64,000 bases of DNA from Anthoceros angustus (lineage: Eukaryota > Plantae > Anthocerotophyta), in contig MU008221.1 in the NCBI GenBank assembly GCA_010909165.1, positions 1 through 64,000 on the forward strand, in the 5' to 3' direction. Below the pieces are notes generated by a model. The model worked only from the letters and a program-made list of their open reading frames with translations. It did not search any database and was not told where the DNA came from. This document shows, piece by piece, positions 48,023 through 60,126 of the stretch (position 1 is the stretch's first letter; each line of letters begins with the position of its first letter). Made by a program: the position numbers and the translations under genes.

Positions 48023-49039
48023 GTGCAGTGGTATTTGGGTCTGAAGCACCCAAGCGCAAGAGAGGGAGGCCACGAAAGCAACGGCCAGCTTAAGAGGAGA
48101 TGGAGGCTCACCAACGCAGCTTCGAGTGTGGACGGCGAGAAGCACAGCAAGCGAGGACCAGGGAAGATACCTCAGAACCCAGGCGTACCAGGAGCACCAC
48201 GGTTCGTGATGCAACGCCACAACGTGAGAAGGAGCAGCGCTAGGACAAGGGCTCGGGGAGGCGGAGGACGGTTTGTCTCACACACACAAGACCATGAGCA
48301 ACAGTACGCCCGAGTTGCTGTCCTTGAGGTAGTGCCACCAAAGGTGTGCAAGTGGCAACTGCAAGACCTTCCAAAGACGCTGCATCCGACTCAACAACGA
48401 GGCGCAAGCAAATGGGATTCATCGCAATGGGCATATCCGAGGGAATTCCTCCAAAGGAGTTTTAAGGAGCTCGGCGAGTTCCTGTTATATGTGGAGACGC
48501 ACCATGAGCGGTGTCGAGTGGAGTTCTACCCCACAGATCACCGTGACCTGTTTGAATTGCACAGAAGAGGACTCCAGGCCATGTCTTGGACATGGACAGC
48601 CTACTGTGAAGGAGCCTGGCGCAAACTACAACATCATTTCTTCATGCATCAAATGTTTGATGGTTTGAGGTTGCCCAAGGAGCTGATCATGTGGGAAGAC
48701 AGGGTGCCAGAAAGGTTAGTCTATTTGAAAGATTGGCTACTGTTTTTCCATCACCTCAAGACAGGCCACACCGTTGTTGGATGGCCCAGGCAATTCTATC
48801 GTGTCACAGACAAACTGAAAATCCCTTACATTGAGCAAACAACATGGGATTCAGCGGACAGGAAGGCATTTCGGTTGCTGCGCAAGCTTGCAGCACCGCA
48901 CATGACAATTCATTGCCCCAAACCTGTTTTGATTATCCAGAGCAGGAGGACTGGCTGCAGCGACAGAGTCCTATTTTTGGCGGTTTGTCGCTTGGAGTCA
49001 AGCTCAAGGAGATCAAGCCCAACTCGAAGAATCGGATGA
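48023..49039 (+). CDS. Unknown ORF at the 3' end of the DNMT-Gypsy
   Basis: 338-aa open frame, with a complex aromatic-rich region from about residue 100. Continues by frameshift into an acidic tract (EESDDEDLESD, ~49030-49060). Confidence 0.6.
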   Translation: MQWYLGLKHPSAREGGHESNGQLKRRWRLTNAASSVDGEKHSKRGPGKIPQNPGVPGAPRFVMQRHNVRRSSARTRARGGGGRFVSHTQDHEQQYARVAVLEVVPPKVCKWQLQDLPKTLHPTQQRGASKWDSSQWAYPREFLQRSFKELGEFLLYVETHHERCRVEFYPTDHRDLFELHRRGLQAMSWTWTAYCEGAWRKLQHHFFMHQMFDGLRLPKELIMWEDRVPERLVYLKDWLLFFHHLKTGHTVVGWPRQFYRVTDKLKIPYIEQTTWDSADRKAFRLLRKLAAPHMTIHCPKPVLIIQSRRTGCSDRVLFLAVCRLESSSRRSSPTRRIG

Positions 49040-49498
49040 TGAGGACTTGGAGAGTGACGCAGATCCTCCACCTCATCTCACACCGCAGCTACCGAGAGCG
49101 ATGGTTTGGTTTGTAAGTTATCTTTTCGCCATCGGATTGTATGACCATTTGAATGTGGAAAGTGGGTTTTCACCCCCGATTTTCCGGGTCGTCACACCGA
49201 GGCTACGGCGCTATTTATGCCTCCTCTCTTGGCCAAGGCCGGGGAACTTTCTGATCCTTCGGCCAAAGGCCAAGGCCAGTGGCTACCTGCTAGACAAGTG
49301 GTTCTCCATATTAAACTCGGTTTATGAAAATGCGCATCGCGTACCGCTGCGTCTGGGTCGGGATTGGACAAACGGTGATGAAACATTGACATTGACTGAT
49401 TGGCATCCCACTTGGCATAAGCCACTTGATTTGGATGCAGAAGTGCATGTGATGTGGCATGTGCATTGCCCATGGATGGCATGCACATGGTATGTATG

Positions 49499-52400
49499 TG
49501 TGGCGCGACCTTTCGCTGATGGCCAGCCGGGCGCGCACGATCCCGTGTCGTTGTAGTAAGGGGTCCGTTCCCAAGAGAATGACGGGCTCCGTTTGTCGCG
49601 TATCAATCGTTTCTGACCGTTTCGGACTCCAACACATACGTTTATCGTTTCCGCTACTATCTACTCGTGATGTCCACCGAACAGGCTCGGTGAGGCCAAA
49701 CGTTTAAGGACTCGTTCGCGTCTGTATCGTTCCGGTCCATCCCCCGTACTTCTAGTCCGTCCCTCTTACCACTCTCGCTACACTCATCTAAAATTACTCA
49801 CGCCAACATCTCCACATCTTTCGCAACACTCAGCGTTCTTTGGAAAAAATGGGCAAGCTGCGTGGTCCGGACCTCCTCCGTCGTTCACCGGGCCTCTCCG
49901 TCCGGGCTCTACTCGCCCTCCCGGAGTTCCTCCGGCCACTCACCCACCCACCTGACGTTGCTTCGCCGCCTGACGAGCAAGGTCCCGCTCGGCCCTCGCA
50001 CACACCACCACGTTAGGGTCCGTCACCGGGACTGGATCGGGCTCTCGGAGCCGTGCCTCGCCGTGACTCGGGACTCACGTTAGCAAGAAGACGCAAGGTG
50101 CAAGGAAGCGGCATCAACACCAAGAGAAAGATATTTTACTAGAGCGCCTCGGCCTCTTATACTACGCCAAGGTCTGCGTCTTTATTACACTTCTAAATGG
50201 TGGTGGCGGTCGGTGGGCCCTTGCACTACTATCTCCCTTATTCACGCCTATCTATGCGGCAGGTGATTGCTCTGGTTAGCCTCGGCTGGCGCCTCCGTGT
50301 ACGAGCTCCGCTAATCGGATGATCCGCGGGGCGGCCTCTACCCTCCCGAGACCTGGGGCTGAGCACGGCGGCGACAAAGTGTCACCACTAAGTCCTCCTC
50401 CCTCCTCTCTTGCCTCACCTGGTGGACCTCGTCCAGGCCTCTAAGAGATGGTTCCGTCGAGGCGGTGATTGGTGGCTCTCTGCTCCGAGTCTGGACCTCA
50501 AGGTCCGCCTCGACTGAGTCGGACCTCCTCCGCCTCCTCCGGACCTCGGGGTCAGACTTTCTTGAGGCCGGACCTCGGGGTCAGACTTTCTTGAGGCCGG
50601 ACCTCGGGGTCAGACTTTCTTGAGGCCGGACCTGATCCGGTCTCGTCCAGAGTCTGGACCTCGGGGTCAGACTTTCTTGAGGCGGACACAGGATTCCCCT
50701 CATTTGGACTTCTTGGGGTCCTCCCGGACCCTCTTGCCTCCTCCGCCTCCTCCGCCTCCTCCGTAGTCTCCCCACGACCTTCCTCCCTTCCCTCCGTGGT
50801 GGGGTGCGGAGTGCTTACCTCCTGTGCAGCGACATTCCTTGTATCTTCCGTTGCTCCTTCTCCACTGCTCATGGGCCGTCGAAGACGCACCCTAAGGTCC
50901 CGGTTGCCATGCTATCTCCGGGGCCTTCCTCCCTCGCTCCTTCTTCTGCGCTTCCTCCCTCCCTTTGCAGAGGTCTTCAGCCCGTGCTTGGGCCTCCTGC
51001 GCTTGATTGTCGTGACACCAAGGAACTTGGTCCGGTCTTGCTGAACTGTCGGACCTCTCGCTCCGCCTCCCGGCGTTTCCCTCCTCGATTCGGGCGAGGG
51101 ATTCCGCCTTCTTCTTCGCCTCCCGGACCCTCTTGCCTCTCCGCCTTTGAAGTTCCACCATCCTTCGCCGGGTGGCCTCCACTTCTTGGGTCTTCTCCGC
51201 TATTCCGCAGAGACCCCAAAGCACACCGGGTAGTCCATGACAGAGCTAAAACCCGCTTCTTCGGCCGCCTGGGAGATGCCTGGGGAAGTCCGTGGGCGGC
51301 GGTGATCTCCGTCCGTCAAGGACGCACTCCGAGCGAGTCGGACCTCGGGGTCCCGGACCTAATTAGGACCCTCGTGTCACGAGTGATGGTCCGAGCCTCC
51401 TTCTTTGGCCCTCTTGGCCTTAACTCCTTCTCCGCCTTTTCCTCCACAGGACTCGGAGGGGAGAAGGAGTCGAGCTGCCCTCTTGCCTCTCCCGGTCGGG
51501 GCAGGGCAGGCTCGGGGCCGTGGCTGCTGGCCTCCTCACTCCAGGCGGCGTCCTTTCCGCCCCACCGCCTCCTCCGCTTCTTGCCACTCAGGTGCGGTAC
51601 GGTGCTGCGGTCTTCTGGTAGGTGCCATTTTCCGCCTCTTGGTTCCGCTTGAGTCGGCGGGCTCAGCAGTATCGTTGTTGTTGGTCATTGCTGGCGAGGG
51701 CTGGAACAACTCTGTCACAGTGGCCTCTACTGCGTCAGGCTGCTCTGTGGGGAGACTGGGGAGAAGCGGGATGTCCTCCACACTTCCCTAGGTGGCGAGG
51801 GTCCGCTCCAAACATATGGAGTCCGGAATCCTCGATCGTCCTCCCGGACCCTCTTGCTCCCGGGGTGGCGGGCCTCCGCCTCCTCCGCCTCCTCCCTTCC
51901 CTGCGTGGCTTCCGAGTGCTCTCCTCCTCGCCTCCCGGGAGGTTCGCGTGCCCACATGGATCAAGAGCAGCGATAACGATGGAGGTGGCTTCTCGCTCAC
52001 GGCTTGCGAGCCTCCCGTTGATCCGGCGAAAATTATTACGCCCCGATTGCTTTCCCTTCTGGAGGTCGTGGAGGAACACGACAAATTATCTCCAGGTGGT
52101 CCACCTTGGCATATTCCGATGGACTATAATCTTCGCCATGCGATCGCACCTCACGTGAGATCCGACATCGACCACCCATTTGAGGATTGCTGCGTCCGGG
52201 TCGCAAGAGGGCCGCCGGCGCTTCCACCTTCCCTTCACCTTCGAGGGCTCACTCCTCCCACTTCCTCAAGGTTGTAGGCCCTCAGGACCTCCACGGTCCA
52301 TCTCCTGGGCTCCTCCCGCAGGTTCTTGGATCGGACCTCCTTGTTGGCCGCTGCCAACATTTACCAGGCGTACTCCCGGACTAGGGTGACGCTGTCGAAG

Positions 52401-53237
52401 GTCCAGACAGCCTGGAAAATGTCCAAGTGCCATTCCTCCACTAGCTCCTCCGCCTCCTCCAGCCACGGACCGAAGTCGGGGTAGCGCTTGGTGACGATGT
52501 TGCGTTCCACCAGGCGCCATGGCTCCCACACCTCCGCCGCTTTCTTGGGTCCCATCCTTGTGCTCCTTCTGCCCCGCTGTTGAGACTTGGGACTCCTTCT
52601 GCCGCTGCGTCAGTCGCTTTGCCTACCGAGTCGAGCCGCGCGGGAGGGTGCCTAAGCGCTCGAAAAGACAACGCCATAGAGCCGGGTGTCTGAGCGCAAG
52701 AGAGTGCGAAAATCGTCGCGAGGTTGTTTGAAAGGATGACCTCCGTCTCGCTTCTCTTCGTCGAGAATAGCAAATCCGTCGGAAGAGGCGGCTCTTCGCT
52801 GCCCGTGGCATGGCTTACTGCGGCCTTCTGTTGCCGCTTACTCGTTACGCCTGTACTCGGCCTTACGCCGCCTCTGCGGGCGTGAATACCTACCTATATG
52901 CAGCAACCCCTACGGTCTGGCTGCTGCATGCCCGTTCACCACTCATCCACGTGGCCGCTGTCTAAATCACGCTCCAACTTCTAAGTTACTTTACTTGGCG
53001 TGTACTTACGACCGGGTGGGGTCGGACTTATCCCGATACTCCGGCGCGTGGTCCGGAGGTCCTTCGGAGTGTGCTCCGGAGTCCTTCCACCTACTCCGGA
53101 GTCCTTACTCCGGGGTGCAGTCCGGAGTACAGTCCGGGCTTGTTTCTCCCTTTCCGCCTTATTTTACACTCCATACCTACGAAAAAAAAAGCAAATCCAG
53201 CTTATTTCCTAACCCCGGGGAGAGTCCGTTGTCCACA
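49499..53237 (-). mobile_element. 3.74-kb solo LTR (family 3 Gypsy)
   Basis: Termini TGTGG...CCACA; perfect 5-bp TSD GTATG (49494-49498 and 53238-53242). Removing it restores the sequence seen at 39885-39910. No PBS, PPT or pol. Confidence 0.92.
50541..50683. repeat. 29-bp tandem repeat (3 perfect copies + 1 displaced)
   Basis: GGACCTCGGGGTCAGACTTTCTTGAGGCC at 50541, 50570, 50599; near copy at 50656. Confidence 0.95.
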
Positions 53238-54640
53238 GTATGCATGACGGATGGATGACATGCGATGTATGTCGACGTGTCTGGACGGATGATGTGTCAT
53301 GGCGCATGTAATCTATGTACATGATTATGTATGTAAGGCACGGTGCCATGATGCATATATAGACAGCGGATCTATATTAGAAAATACATAAAAATCGTAA
53401 ATCAAGGAAAAGGGCGAATAGGTGGTTGAGCACATAAACATTATTGTTTATTCGAAGGCCAAGGAAAGTAGGATTATAAATAGACCTAAAGTGCCTACCA
53501 TCGGGAACGAGGAGGCACTTCATCGAGAGTTCCTGGGGTTTTGCCTATATATGTGGGTCACCCAGCCATGGATTCTTGGATTGTAGATGTTTGTCTGAAT
53601 GGAAAGGCAGCCATACTTCGTCCCTACAGTTTGTCTCATTTCTCTCTTGTGACTTTTGGGAACCGCACTATCAAGTGGGAGCCTCAGGCAACCAACTTGA
53701 TCTCACCTGGTCGCGGCCGGAGGCTATTTATGCCTCCCTTTGCCCTTGTTCCTTGGCCAAGGCCAGGAACTTTACAGCCCTTCCGGCCAAAGGCCAAGGA
53801 CGAATTTTGTTACTGCAGACAAGTGGTTCTGCAGATTGAAAACTGGTCAGCATGCAGCTATGTGGCCATTGCGCGACAAGGACATGAAACGTGCTGCTTC
53901 AAGGGCACAAGAGAAAATAGAACCACCAGAAATCATGGTGCCACAATCAAACTTTAGTATGCCGTGGTTTAAAAAGAAAGTATAAAAAGAGCTACATACA
54001 AGATAAAAATATTCTATTATATTGAATACATATTTTATCCTTGAAATTTGAAAATTTCTAGTTTCCTCCTTAGTCTTGGATAAAGGGCAATGATTTTTTT
54101 ATTTACATAAATATCCTTGGTTTTCGTAGAAACATAAATAATAGTTTTAGTATAGGTATATAGCCAGATATGTAACTCTCTTTTTCACTAAACCATAATC
54201 ATACCCTAAGCTGACTAAACTTAATTGTGCGATTACGCCATAGTGTATCCAGTACGGAGAGTAGGTACTGAGCTTCAACGAAGCTTCGCTTGTTGCCGTG
54301 TCGTGGTTTCTTCGAGGAGCGCTTCAAGAGCGCGTCCCGCGGCAAGCGGTCTCCCCTGGCCATCACTCTTTGCAAATCCTGTAAAGTCCGGGGATTCTCT
54401 TCAGGAACAGAAGATTCCAACTGTTGGGAGCTCAGATTTGCTGTTCACGGACCTCTTCTGGATAGCTGTCCGATCCCGTCTGAGAAATCCATTTTGAGCT
54501 GAATTGGAGTCTGGACAGGTTTTGACAAGCATCAGCTCATTCCGGGATTCTAAACGAGTAGGTTTGGGGCGTGCGAGTTAGAGCTCGGTCTGCGATAGAT
54601 TGGAGGCGAAGGATTGACTTTGCCGTTGCAGACAGGAATC

Positions 54641-57272
54641 ATGAAGTGGTTTGATCGCCTACTTAAGGGGTCTAAGGATCGTTGCAATCTAGATGATTTT
54701 CAAATTTCGCCAGTTCAGCTACCTTCTCGTGACTATGCGGTATGCACTTGCTCTAGACTTTAGAACCATTTTCACTGCTGCAGTTCTGCCTGGTAGGAAC
54801 GTTTGCCGCAGAATCTGTTATTCAATTGTGTTTGTGCAATACGTTAGGTTATGCACGGTTTCGCTACTTGGAGGAGTGGTTGGGAATTTATCAATTTGGT
54901 GGTGAATGCAGGATAGGGGCATACAGGAGCAGCAGGATCAAGCCATAGCTCTAAGCCTCGCATTGGCCGAAGAGGAGACTCTTGGTATGTGTTTCTGTCT
55001 GGTGACTGAAATATTTTCGTAGCCTCGGAGCTCGTCAAGCTTGTCGGAATCTCTAGCAGGAAAGCACCTGCCTGAAAGTTCTGAGGGCACATGGGTGACA
55101 CTGGTTTACCTGACTTGTGAACCCAGAAAGGATATCTCAGCTGGAGGCTGATGAGAAGTTTGCACGGGGTCTGCAAGCTAGTTTGGACTTGGAAGTTGCA
55201 AACCCACCAGTTGCAGTTGATCAGGCTGGTTCGGCGAGAGGAGATCGTGTTGGTCCATCTTCTCGTGGACTCTCAACTCTGCAACATTTTCTACCAAGGT
55301 AGTTGTAGTGCATGCATAGCAGCTATCATGACTTTCTACTGCTCTCTGCCAGGCTCCGACCTCACTGTACTCCTCTGACAGTGCTACCTCGCTGTAACAG
55401 GTTCTCAAACATCAAATGTCTTGGATGTCAGCGTGACATTGGGATTGAACGCTTTCTAACCTGTATGAACGGCTACTGGCATCCACAATGTTTCCGCTGT
55501 GGACATTGTAAATCTCAAATCGACGATCCGGAGGTATGCCATTTCTTGTGCTCTGTCTTGGTCCTCGCGTAGTAACGTGGGCTGCAAGAATGACAGATAG
55601 GGAATCGTAGTTTGCATGAATCATTGGCCAGAGTGTGTGACAAGTATAGGTGGTAGTTGCAGTTTGCAGTGAGAAATAACAAGCCCTACCATACCCATTG
55701 CCACAAGGAGTTGTTCCATCCTCGTTGTCAAGTTTGCTCTATCTTTGTAAGTGGCATGCGTCTTCGTCTGTTTCCCTTTTGTATGCTGTTGTCTTTTTCA
55801 CGTGAGCCGTTGGCAGTCTGTGGGTTGACACTCCTCTATGTACAGATACCCAAAAATGCGGCACAGCTTATTGAATTTCGGTCTCATCCATACTGGGGAC
55901 AACAATACTGCCCTGCCCATGAGAATGATGGCACGGCTCGTTGCTGCAGTTGCGAGAGACTTGAGGTTGGTATGCCTCTCAGACTGGGGTGTGAGTAGCA
56001 TCAGACATCTTCGTTCTGTTCTCCTACTGTGTGAATGTGTAGACTCCATATAGTTTTGGTGTCCGCTCAATGCAAGCTGTAAGCTCTCGTGATGTAGCAT
56101 GCATCTTTGCCACGCTTGTTATGAGAGCTAACGTACTTGGTCCGTCATGTTACAGCCCAGGGATTTGGAGTTTATCAGCTATGATGACGGCCGCAAGCTA
56201 TGCTTGGAGTGCCTCGACACTTGCATAATAGATACAAAGGAGTGTCAGCCACTGATTAGGGAGGTCCTGGCGTTCTTTGACAATTTGGGCATGACAATCA
56301 AGCAGCAGATACCAATCCTCCTAGTCGAGATGCAGGCTTTGAACAATGCCGGGGAATTAGAAGTAAGTTGGGATTTGAACTAACGTGAAATTTTTCAGTC
56401 CCCGGCAGAAGAGGCACTGCGGACATTCCTCTGACTCCCACGTTGCCGTTGCTTCTCAGGGAAAATGTAAGACTGCTCAAACCAGAGGCCTGTGCCTGTC
56501 GGAGGAGCAAACCATCAGCACGGTGAGTTAAGTTGTACCCCAAGAAGCCTTGAACGATATCTGGGCAGTCGGCACCGATTGTCTAACACTGGTGCGGTCT
56601 AATTTTGCAGGTTAGCTTCCGGAGACTGCCACGGTTGCTGGGATCCAAGAACCCTTTCTCAGGAAAGGGGACGGAGTCTCTCAAGCTAAGACGAGAATGT
56701 TCAGTAACTGCAGTGCTGGTGCTCTACGGCCTGCCTAGGTACATCTTTCCTTCCTCACCAATCTGGAGTGCACACAAGGTGTAGTGTCTGAAGCTATGCT
56801 TGAACTCATTTTTGCTGCCCTGTGCAGGTTGCTGACGGGCTCTATCCTGGCACACGAGCTGATGCACGCCTGGTTTCGGCTGAACGGTACCCACCTACTA
56901 CATTCCCACCACCCATACAAGTTTCTCCAAGTCCCACTGCAAATGCTTAACTAACCCACACCATGCTGCACCACAGGCGCCGGTTCGTTCTCGAGCCTGT
57001 CTCCCGTGGTCGAAGAGGGTATGTGCCAAGTGATGGCACACGAATGGCTGAGATCTCAGTTGGGCAGCAACGAGCCTTCATCCTCCGCCACGAGGAGTGC
57101 TGCCCAGACCGACACCCTTGACAGGCTGGGCCTCTTCTACTTGAACCAGATCCAGTTGGATTCATCCCCGTCTTATGGCGAAGGATTCAGACGTGGCCTG
57201 CAAGCCGTCACCAAATACGGCCTGGACGACACTTTGGAACATATCAGGCAAACTGCCACGTTCCCCGAATAG
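54641..57272 (+). CDS. DA1: DA1/DAR-family protein (UIMs, LIM domain, zinc peptidase), multi-exon
   Basis: ATG 54641 ([10 protein letters not shown]). UIM-like DQAIALSLA and [14 protein letters not shown]; [18 protein letters not shown]; [13 protein letters not shown]; [11 protein letters not shown]; [15 protein letters not shown] (HExxH); [18 protein letters not shown] introns in frame; stop 57270-57272. Confidence 0.95.
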
Positions 57273-58784
57273 TTAGTTAATTGCCCCGTTACTTAGAAAC
57301 CAACGTAACATAACTTCCGCGAGCTAGCTAACAGTTTCTAGTCATCGCCTAGCTTGCCCGTTACTACATTGGAGTGGTACGTCGTTTCTGATCTGCCAAC
57401 CATCTTTGTATGAAGCCACATAAGGCCATCTATCTCCTGAATAAATGTAATTAAGTTCCTTCCCTCGTACAGAGGGAAGGTCGAACTACCTATCTTAACT
57501 TCATAGCTTCCGTAGTGCTAACTTGCCCGTTACGGCATTGGAGTAGAACATTTCTCCCGATCTGCCAGCCAGCTTTTTATAAAGAGGAAGCAGGGCGCGT
57601 GAATACCAAGGCCAATGATGCGTCTCACAATGCGATAATGGAAGAAGCTTTTGTGACGGCGAACAAAATATGTCAGCTTTGTGCATTCCCAGGGCAGACA
57701 GCTTTATTAGGCTCTGGTTCTGGATCTCGTTTCGTTCCCGTTCCCGTTCCCACTGGGATGTGAGGATATTCCGCAACATCCTCAGCCAGGCTGCCACCCG
57801 GCTGGGATCCAGGTGGCGGGGATCCCCAGCGCGGCAGCCGCCCTGGCACATGTCCCCGTTACCACCTACCCCTGTTGCCCTTGCGGGCCCCCACCACCTT
57901 CCCGCATGAGCAAATCGGAATTCATTTTCTTTTGCCACAAAATATCCATCGCCCCGGAAGTGGCGTCCAGGTTTTACAACTGGTAGGTCCGTAGAGCCCG
58001 GGCCGGTACTAGTGTCGCCCGCGCAAACAGCCAGTCAACCCGCTCACGTTGACGGCGTGGAGGCTTTGTTGCGGTTGGGAACCTGAGCACCGCGGCTTCG
58101 CTGGGTCGGAACTTGGCACCAAAGCACATACGTACATACATACATACGATCGACGACAACCTACAGCCCACCATGTGCATGAATCAACATTAGCTTCTCC
58201 CCCCTTTCATACATGAAGTAGTCATCCAGGCTGGTGTTATGTGTAACAACGATGCTCCTTTGGAGCTTCGCCGCACACCCAAGAGCCGGCCATCCTCATG
58301 GGCCATTGCATTTAGCACTGGGCACCCTTCAAGGGGATAGTAATTCTGCCACCTGACAAGACCATGCTTGGGCATGCCGGACGCCTGGCTCTGCCATACA
58401 AGAAGAGTACTCCACCAGCCAAAGACCAACAACAGGACGAGCCAAGACCAGCAAGACCTGAGTGTGAGTCACACGTTGATGGCATGGACCGTTGGAACTG
58501 AGGCCCTCGGGTGGGACCGGGAACCGGCGCTGGGCCCGGAGGCGGTAGGGTAGGAAACCTGGGCTGCGCTGGGTCGGAGCCTGGCCGGCCTCGGATGTGG
58601 TCTGGCGTTTGATAGGTCGCGGGTGGAGATGCTGCTGCCGAGGCCCACGCCTGCAGCAGGCTCGGGCCGGAGCTGGCGTGCCAGTGGGTCGTGGGTCCAC
58701 CCACGACGCTCCTCCGTACGGGCACCTGCTCCAGGGCGACGGTCCCCGAGACCGGACTCGTGCCGGACCCCGTTCGTCAACAAC

Positions 58785-58872
58785 AGAACGGGACGGGACG
58801 GGACGGGACGGTCGGCCGGCTCCCGGCAGCCCCGTTCCGTGGGAAGCGAAGGGAAGGGAAGGGAAGAGAAGC
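58785..58872 (+). repeat. Short (GGACG)n and (GGGAA)n microsatellites
   Basis: ACGGGACGGGACGGGACGGGACGG followed by GAAGGGAAGGGAAGGGAAG. Confidence 0.8.
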
Positions 58873-60126
58873 GGAAAAGCGAAGCGCAGCCCAAAGCCCC
58901 TCCATGTTTCGTGTGTCGCATGCGCCGCCTGTTGCTGCTCGATTACCGACGCTGCTACGCGGAAATGGAATACATATTATAATCAAGGTGAGGCGGGGTT
59001 ACTGGTGTCGTCCCTGTTATGTTACGCTGGGCTGGTAGAGATAGAAAGAGAGGCGTGACGGAGTCTGGGAGGGCGGGACAGTCACAGCCCCGCCGTATGC
59101 AGGATGCGTGCCCTGTGCATGTAGCAGCAGCGGAAGAGGAGAAGGGAAGGGACGGGAAGACTGCAGGCAGCGGAGGATCCGGGGAGTATATGGGAGGACG
59201 GTATTTGCGGAGATGGGGAGGCGGGGAGGGGAGTGGGAGTGGGCGCTCCTCGTGGCCTGACCTGGTCTGTGTCAAGCCAGCTTCATCTCATCCCGCTTAT
59301 GGCGCAGCTGCCATCGGCGCACCCGCCTGGCACCCGGCAGCCTCATTCTGGCCATCGGGATATGCAGGTGGAATCGGGAAGGGGCACGGAATCATCCCCT
59401 GCCTGATTGCGCGCTCGCTCTAACACTTGTGTCCTCGTCCTACGAATCTCCTTGCCTTGTCTGGTTTTGCTGCGCCTTCTTCAGCGCTCGGGACCTCTCG
59501 CTTCATCCCCGCATTGCCGTTGGAGGATTTGGAAGGCTTGCGGGAGCTGTTCGAGGCCTCCCTGCAGGGCAGTCCGTTCCTTGTTGCGTCTGTGCTGGCT
59601 GCGGTGTGGTATCTTCCTTCTGTGGAGGAGTCTGCCTGCTCCCGTCCGCAGCTTCCTCTCATTCTTCGCTTCTTTTTCGCTTTGCGTGACTTGTATGTGG
59701 TCCGGGAGGGAGGCGGGAGGAGGAGTCGGGAATTTGCTTTTTGGCGCCTCGAAGGATGGATGTCCTTTGAGCGTTGCTTTCGAGCGCTGTCGTGAAGCTT
59801 TGGGACTGTCTCCACCAAGTCGCAACGCTTCCGTGAGCACATTGCTGTCCGGTCAGGCAGACAAGTTTTGGCATGTTCTCCTGCTTTTAGATCCGGATCA
59901 GCAGCCCGATCTAGCAATTTGACGAGCTTTCGAGGAGCCTAGTTTCCTTTCCGAGCTTCGTTTTCTGCCCCGTTCGAGCTTTCTTTCCTTTTCAGCGCTC
60001 GACGCTGATGGCAGTGGGGAAGATCTGGGAAGCAACGGAGTTCTGTCGCTCGGGTACCAGGAGTCGCGTTTAAGCAGCGCCGGCGTGTCATCCTCGGCAG
60101 GATTTGTCTGTTTCTCAGCTGCGGAG

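Larger units (their letters stand above)
39783..53850 (+). mobile_element. Ty3/Gypsy element carrying a DNA methyltransferase (family 2), right repeat split by a solo LTR
   Basis: Terminal repeat 39783-40330 recurs at 49364-49498 + 53238-53709. Between them: gag with CKACGRWGHIEAAC knuckle (~41655), protease (SYDVLLG), DNMT, RT (RYPMPTPDEIFDAIG, CYIDDILVFS), RNase H, integrase (RTSRDHPQADG), PHD. Confidence 0.88.

Noticed and set aside
50541-50683. CRISPR-like direct repeats
   Set aside because: The copies are adjacent with no unique spacers, there are no cas genes, and the context is eukaryotic.
39783-53850. DIRS/PAT tyrosine-recombinase element
   Set aside because: A DDE integrase and aspartic protease are present and no YR motifs were seen, despite the odd terminal repeats.
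57501-58725. Possible minus-strand gene or secreted peptide (WLVLLLVFGWWSTLLVWQSQA..)
   Set aside because: No clear start, splice structure or recognisable domain.
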